Assembly: GCA_019057815.1 (NCBI GenBank)
Contig: JAHLWR010000028.1
Coordinates: 1 to 45,655 of the forward strand
Source of the DNA: Candidatus Heimdallarchaeota archaeon
Lineage (GTDB): Archaea > Asgardarchaeota > Heimdallarchaeia > Heimdallarchaeales > Heimdallarchaeaceae
Direction: 5' to 3'
DNA: 45,655 nt
Shown here: piece after piece, positions 40,314 through 45,655 of the stretch
Numbering within the stretch: position 1 is the stretch's first letter
How the letters are laid out: each line of letters begins with the position of its first letter
Made by a program: the position numbers and the translations under genes
Notes under the pieces: model-generated
The model's database searches: none
What the model saw: the letters and a program-made list of their open reading frames with translations, nothing else
What the model was told of the DNA's origin: nothing

Positions 40314-41183
40314 ATGAGCTCAAAGATAATTGAATCAATTTCATACTCTTATATTGGGAGGTTCATAGAACCTTATCTCGCGGAATTTGAAGGATTAAAG
40401 ACCACTTTAAGGAAAGCTGGAATTGATCAAAGCCTTAGAATGTACTTAAGCGTAAGGCTATTTTGGGCTATAATTCTCTCAATTGTATCGCTTGTTTTTC
40501 TTATAGCAATTAAAATCGCTATACCTAAGTTCTCATTGATTTTAGTCTTTATGCTTCCAATATTGATTTTAGTAACAATGTTTGTGTTTACGTGGGTCTA
40601 CCCTAGTTATTTGGTAGGTGAAAGAAAAAGAAAGCTAGAAGCAGCATTACCTACTGCTGCAAGTTATATGACTGCAATGGCATCTGCAGGCGTAACACCG
40701 GATAAGATTTTTCTTTCTCTATCAAGGGAAAAAATTGGTGAGGCAATAGTTAAAGATGCTAAAAAAATATCTAGAGACATTCATATATTCGGTTACGATA
40801 TAGTACATGCTCTTAGCGAAGCATCACTTCGATCTCCTTCTCCTAAATATTCCAGTTTTTTGGAAGGAATTATTTCCACATTCACTTCAGGAGGAGAGTT
40901 ACAAAGATATCTTGAAGTGACAACTGAAACTTTGATGAATGACAAGGTTCAGGATGAGAAGAATTTCATTGAAGCCCTAGGTGTAATGGCTGAACTTTTC
41001 ATGGTAGTAGGAGTTGTAGCCCCAATTTTCTTCATAGTTATTTTTGCTATGATGTCAATGCTTGCTTCCGGTGAAGGTGGTGGCGGATCAAATGTTATGA
41101 TGGCTTTACTTGTTTATATCGTTATACCTGTTAGTTTACTAGTTATTATTCTGTTGATAGACGCTCAACAACCGGAGATGTAG
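40314..41183 (+). CDS. Type II secretion system F / TadC-like pilus platform membrane protein
   Basis: LEAALP..MASAG, DIHIFGYDIVHAL, SPSPK..FLEGI..SGGEL; TM segments. Confidence 0.85.
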   Translation: MSSKIIESISYSYIGRFIEPYLAEFEGLKTTLRKAGIDQSLRMYLSVRLFWAIILSIVSLVFLIAIKIAIPKFSLILVFMLPILILVTMFVFTWVYPSYLVGERKRKLEAALPTAASYMTAMASAGVTPDKIFLSLSREKIGEAIVKDAKKISRDIHIFGYDIVHALSEASLRSPSPKYSSFLEGIISTFTSGGELQRYLEVTTETLMNDKVQDEKNFIEALGVMAELFMVVGVVAPIFFIVIFAMMSMLASGEGGGGSNVMMALLVYIVIPVSLLVIILLIDAQQPEM

Positions 41184-41191
41184 GTGGTAAA

Positions 41192-42118
41192 ATGGCAATA
41201 AAAGATGAAATAGAAGTAAAAACAAAGCAATTTCAAATAACTCAAAACATGATTTATTATGCAATAGCAATCAGTGTAGGGCTTTTACTTGTTGTTTTAG
41301 GAATAATTGATTATGCTCTAACAGAAGGGGGAAGCGATTTTATAGATATATTAGATATTCACGATTTTGTTATACTTGCTATAATAGTGTCTATTGGTTT
41401 ACCGGTTTTCTTAGTTATATATAGAGAAGAAAGACGACGATCAAGAGTCGATGAGAACTTACCATTCTTACTTAGAGAAATATCAAATGCTCAACGAACT
41501 GGAATGTCCCTTCCTCGAGCAATAAAAGAATCTGCAAAACGAAATTATGGTCCTTTAACACCTGAATTGAGAAAAATGTCCAGCAAAATATCTTGGGGAA
41601 TTCCCTTCAGCAAAGCTATGACAGATTTTCAAGCATCAATCAATACTCCACTGTCTCAACGAGCAACTTTGTTGATTTTAGAAGCTGAGAGATCCGGTGG
41701 AAACCTTGAAGAAGCTTTTGAAGGAACCGAAAAGCACGTACAACAGCTTTTAAATCTAAAAAAAGAAAGAGAAGGGGCAATGAAGCCATATATCTGGATA
41801 GTCTATGCAGCTTATGTCATATTTATCGTAGTAGTAGTCATCTTATTTCAAACATTTTTCTATCCATTTGGTACAGCAGATATCTCTACTGAGGCTACAG
41901 CAGGTTTCTTTAATATGAACATAGACTTAGACTCGTTGAAAATACTCTTCCTGCATATGTTAGTAATTGAAGCTTTCTTTTCAGGACTAGTGGCAGGAAA
42001 AATGTCAAAATTATCAGTAAGGGCTGGATTGATGCACTCAGTAGTACTTATGTTTCTTGGTTGGTTCGCATTTAAGATATTAATACAAACACAGTTGATT
42101 TCGATAAGTCCTACTTAG
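41192..42118 (+). CDS. Type II secretion system F / TadB/C-like pilus platform membrane protein
   Basis: LPFLLREI..TGMSLPRAI, YGPLTPEL, ISWGIPF, EAERSGG, FSGLVAGKM. Confidence 0.88.
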   Translation: MAIKDEIEVKTKQFQITQNMIYYAIAISVGLLLVVLGIIDYALTEGGSDFIDILDIHDFVILAIIVSIGLPVFLVIYREERRRSRVDENLPFLLREISNAQRTGMSLPRAIKESAKRNYGPLTPELRKMSSKISWGIPFSKAMTDFQASINTPLSQRATLLILEAERSGGNLEEAFEGTEKHVQQLLNLKKEREGAMKPYIWIVYAAYVIFIVVVVILFQTFFYPFGTADISTEATAGFFNMNIDLDSLKILFLHMLVIEAFFSGLVAGKMSKLSVRAGLMHSVVLMFLGWFAFKILIQTQLISISPT

Positions 42119-42147
42119 ACAAGATATAAGAAAAGTTATGTGGTGAT

Positions 42148-42582
42148 TTGATGGGAAAACTAGAAGAAGATATAAAAAGTCTCAAGGAAACAGTTGAAGA
42201 ATTGAAAAAAAGTGTTAATCAAATTGCTTTTAACGTCATCCGATTGATGGGTACATTAGAAAAAGGTATTAAAACATCTGGAGCAACTGTGTCAGAAGAG
42301 GGTATAAGTTCTGTTTCTGTTGATCTTGGTCCTATTGAAGAAAGAATAGAGAAAATAGACGAATCTATGGTCACAAAGGAGGATGTCGAACAAATTACAG
42401 AACAGCTGAAAAAGTTATCTTCAGATAAAATAGCCAAAGCCGAAGCTATGCAAGAACGTGCTTCAAATCTCCTTGAGAAGGGTATGGAACTAGTAGAACT
42501 TGAAGCTACTTTAGCAGAAGTAAAATCGCTGTTGGAGGAAAGAATCTTAGATTCAAAGGAAGAAGAACAAAAAGGTGACTAA
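42148..42582 (+). CDS. Coiled-coil protein in pilus locus
   Basis: E/K/L-rich heptads; overlaps the next gene. Confidence 0.65.
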   Translation: MMGKLEEDIKSLKETVEELKKSVNQIAFNVIRLMGTLEKGIKTSGATVSEEGISSVSVDLGPIEERIEKIDESMVTKEDVEQITEQLKKLSSDKIAKAEAMQERASNLLEKGMELVELEATLAEVKSLLEERILDSKEEEQKGD

Positions 42583-43744
42583 TGAAGTGAATAAGAAAAA
42601 AAGAACTGGTTTTGTCACTTTTTTACATCAAAAAAGGGCTCAAATAAGGGGTATAGACTTTGCTCTTGCTTTACTAATTTTCATTTTGGCATTCAGTCAA
42701 GTTATATTAGTTCTGACTAACTTGCTTATTCCATCTTTAGTTCAATTAGAAGCATATTCACAGGAACAAGAAGTCAATAAACACTTCAACAATGTTTTCC
42801 TTACTCAGGGGACACCTACAAGTTGGGGTACAATACCAACAGCTGTTTTACCTGAATTCAAGCTAGGTTTACAAAATAATCAAGGATCGTTAGATTTTAC
42901 AAAAATAAATAGACTTGTATATGGGGTTTCTAGCTATTGGGCTATTGATTATGTATCTGTTAAGGTTTCTTACTCTATGATTAAGGATTTTGTAATAGAA
43001 ATAACTTCACCGATTAATATAAAAATTAACTCTATAGAAATATTTTATACATACATAGAAGTTAAGGGAGAAGTGCTTGAATATTACACTCCTATAGAAG
43101 GAGCTAACATATGGGCATTCGCTATCGATAGTGAAAATCAAGTTTCAACCAACTCTACTACAACAAAAAATATTGATGATTCAATAGCCTTTTCAGCTGT
43201 TATTCCAATAGATGAATCGGATTATTATATTGTTGTCATTATTGCAGAAGTAGGTGGAATTTATCAAGATTATGAAGTAAAACATTTGGAAAAAGTAGGT
43301 TTTCCATTAGATTTTGAGTATAGAGACTTTGATATCATCCCTTTCATTCAAGAAAGTGATGATTCACTCTCTTCAGCAATAGATGTTTCTTATAACAAAA
43401 TATCAGTAAAAGATGAAGTTAGAACAACAGTAGTTTTTCCTTTTGAGGGCTTAGATGTTCAATATTTCCAACAAGATATGATATTAATAGATGCTCCTGA
43501 AGAAGGAGATATATACCAAGTTCTTAATATTCCAGTTCCTTCATCTGGATTTGCAGTAGTTATTGTTACTGAACAAACAGGTAGCGATTACCGTGTAGGT
43601 TACATTGGAATACCCATGCTGCTTTCTCCAGAGCACGGAGGATACTTTGGAGCTACCGATAAACTAGCTCAAGCTATTATTTCTATGAATCAAATGGTAA
43701 CTATTCGGGATATTTTAGTTAAATGTCAGATATGGTATGGGTGA
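42575..43744 (+). CDS. Large pilin-like protein with class III signal peptide
   Basis: KRA/QIRGIDFALALLIFILAF, followed by GTPTSWG. Confidence 0.7.
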   Translation: MTNEVNKKKRTGFVTFLHQKRAQIRGIDFALALLIFILAFSQVILVLTNLLIPSLVQLEAYSQEQEVNKHFNNVFLTQGTPTSWGTIPTAVLPEFKLGLQNNQGSLDFTKINRLVYGVSSYWAIDYVSVKVSYSMIKDFVIEITSPINIKINSIEIFYTYIEVKGEVLEYYTPIEGANIWAFAIDSENQVSTNSTTTKNIDDSIAFSAVIPIDESDYYIVVIIAEVGGIYQDYEVKHLEKVGFPLDFEYRDFDIIPFIQESDDSLSSAIDVSYNKISVKDEVRTTVVFPFEGLDVQYFQQDMILIDAPEEGDIYQVLNIPVPSSGFAVVIVTEQTGSDYRVGYIGIPMLLSPEHGGYFGATDKLAQAIISMNQMVTIRDILVKCQIWYG

Positions 43745-44219
43745 CCCAAAAATGATAAGATTATCAAAAGCAAAAAAAGGACAACTTTTTATCATTGAAG
43801 CATTTATTGCTGTTTCTGTAATGATTATCATGGTTACAGCATTATATGAAGTACAATTAGCTACTCAGTTGAGCCCAGAGCTAAATATTGATGATGAAGT
43901 TTTTATTGCTATAAAAGCGCTAGATAATACTGGAAATTTGGATAAATATCTTTATTCTCTTGAAACAGGAATCCCAGCTGATATTGAACTGTATAAAAAA
44001 ATAATTGAACAAGCTATCTATGGATCTTTACCAGATAATGGTCAATTTCTATTATTTTGTGAAAACGTTACAGTTTCTGAAGTGATACCAGAAAGCTGGA
44101 TAAACCAATATCTAACCTTACCTGATAGTACAACTGGGATAGACTATTTGGTGACAGAAGTAAACGGTAAGTTTACAGAGTATATTTTCCATTTCCAAAT
44201 TTGGATAATAGGTGTATAA
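43737..44219 (+). CDS. Pilin-like protein with class III signal peptide
   Basis: KKG/QLFIIEAFIAVSVMII. Confidence 0.75.
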   Translation: MGDPKMIRLSKAKKGQLFIIEAFIAVSVMIIMVTALYEVQLATQLSPELNIDDEVFIAIKALDNTGNLDKYLYSLETGIPADIELYKKIIEQAIYGSLPDNGQFLLFCENVTVSEVIPESWINQYLTLPDSTTGIDYLVTEVNGKFTEYIFHFQIWIIGV

Positions 44220-44901
44220 AATGCGGATTAAGAACTCTTTGATTAAAAATCGAAAAGGACAAGTTTTCTTATTGCTTGCAATCGTTATAATGATATATTT
44301 AATCCTCTTATCTACAACAGTCTTTCGTATTACACAGAGTCCATTCGTAGAACTTGCACCAAACCAAAACCAAATTATGAATTATATAGATAATTCAGTA
44401 AGCTCAATATATGATTTGGTATATGCTGGTATTGCTCAATATTCGCAAGGAGCCTCAATGAGTGATGTCAATGATTCCATTATAAGTGGGTTAGAAACCA
44501 TCGAAGCCTATCTAGATAATCATAATATTCCATCATTGATACAACATAAAAATGACATTGTGATAAGTCAGAGTTCTGCCACATCTACTGATGTTTATAT
44601 TCAAATCTATTGCGAAATATCAATTCTTGTTGATAGTTTAGAAATCTATTTTAAGGCAGATTATTCTGTGAATGTTTCTTTCCATCTAGAACGATCTTCC
44701 ATAGTTGGCACAGAAAATTATCTCTATCTCTATAAAATACAAAATGGCTTAATAACCATGTTAAATGATGCAACGGTATCCATTATTCCTTTTACATCCT
44801 CATCTAAACTAGGAGATGGAAGTTTTCAATTAGACTTAGAACTCGGACAAGAAATAACCGTGATCTTTCCACATAATGTTATATTAATTATGGAAATTTA
44901 G
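44212..44901 (+). CDS. Pilin-like protein with class III signal peptide
   Basis: RKG/QVFLLLAIVIMIYLILL. Confidence 0.72.
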   Translation: MYKMRIKNSLIKNRKGQVFLLLAIVIMIYLILLSTTVFRITQSPFVELAPNQNQIMNYIDNSVSSIYDLVYAGIAQYSQGASMSDVNDSIISGLETIEAYLDNHNIPSLIQHKNDIVISQSSATSTDVYIQIYCEISILVDSLEIYFKADYSVNVSFHLERSSIVGTENYLYLYKIQNGLITMLNDATVSIIPFTSSSKLGDGSFQLDLELGQEITVIFPHNVILIMEI

Positions 44902-44916
44902 AAAAAAATAGATGTT

Positions 44917-45534
44917 TCACTCAACATCTATATCGATTCCATCTTCTTTCTCTTTGTTCATTCTATCTATAATAACCTCAAGAACACCATTGTTGTACTT
45001 TGCTCTTGCTGTTTTGATATCTACTGGAACAGGGAGCGCAACAGTTTTTTCATATTTTCTTGTTTCAGAGAAAGCTTTGATAGTTAAACTATTCTCTTTT
45101 CCTGTTAGTTTAACGTCTCCTTTTCCAATTCCGGGAACTTCAGCAATGACTCTTACAGTTGTTTTTTCTTTGAAAACATCAATTAAGGGCTCCCTGACGT
45201 CATTTCCTTCCAATTTTCCCCATTCATCTTGTTTAATGTTTCCAAATTGGTTAACCCTTGGTTTACCATCTGGTCCTATTCCAAACTTGAAACCATAAAC
45301 AAAAGGGCTTTTTTTCAGATCTTCAAATTTACTTATATCCATTCCTTCTACAAAAGAACTAGTGATTTTTTTGAGCATTTCGTCAATGATTTTCCCAAAG
45401 GGTGAACTTTCAAAAAAAGGAGATAAATTCTTCTTAATTTCATCAATATTTATATCATCAAAATTAATATCAAAAGGGAAATTGTTATCTTCTCCTTTTT
45501 TCTTCTTTTTTTCTCCTTTATCATCGTCATTCAT
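44917..45534 (-). CDS. hsp20: Small heat-shock protein Hsp20 (archaeal type)
   Basis: PFVYGF..GPDGKP, REPLIDV, AEVPG, AKYNNGVLEV, C-terminal IDVE. Confidence 0.92.
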   Translation of the reverse strand: MNDDDKGEKKKKKGEDNNFPFDINFDDINIDEIKKNLSPFFESSPFGKIIDEMLKKITSSFVEGMDISKFEDLKKSPFVYGFKFGIGPDGKPRVNQFGNIKQDEWGKLEGNDVREPLIDVFKEKTTVRVIAEVPGIGKGDVKLTGKENSLTIKAFSETRKYEKTVALPVPVDIKTARAKYNNGVLEVIIDRMNKEKEDGIDIDVE

Positions 45535-45655
45535 ATCTAAACACTTTGAGGATTGTGTGAGATAAATATACTTCTATTAATATATAAACTAAATTGTTTA
45601 AATAGTACTTCCGCAATAAGCCTTTTACTATCTCCCACCTCCCTCAGTAAGCGTT

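Noticed and set aside
1207-45565. Numerous short antisense or nested ORFs in the track (e.g. 29819..30247, 44912..45298, 31059..31385)
   Set aside because: Shadow ORFs of well-supported genes, with no independent motifs.

Overview
AT-rich archaeal chromosomal DNA, very probably from an Asgard archaeon (possibly Heimdallarchaeia). This is inferred from archaeal core genes (topoisomerase VI, Alba, RadA, DGGGP synthase, GluRS) sitting beside eukaryote-like proteins (two Rab-like GTPases, a gelsolin-domain protein, a membrane-anchored RING protein). The centrepiece is an unusual topoisomerase VI operon. Top6B is fused to about 3,650 aa of tandem HhH/alpha-CTD-like repeats ending in a histone-H1-like TPKK tail, and is translationally coupled to a Top6A with an N-terminal ubiquitin-like domain. 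Upstream are a divergent pair of tubulin/FtsZ-superfamily genes (one intact, one degenerate) flanking a polytopic membrane protein, an apparent CD36/scavenger-receptor-B homolog with an inserted LVIVD beta-propeller, and a candidate structured ncRNA. Downstream are a CPBP-protease/Rab/HEAT operon, a frameshifted TnpB element with a rearranged RuvC site and inverted-repeat ends just upstream of radA, a type IV pilus-like locus and Hsp20. No CRISPR array, rRNA or tRNA was seen. All family assignments come from motif recognition by eye, not from database searches.
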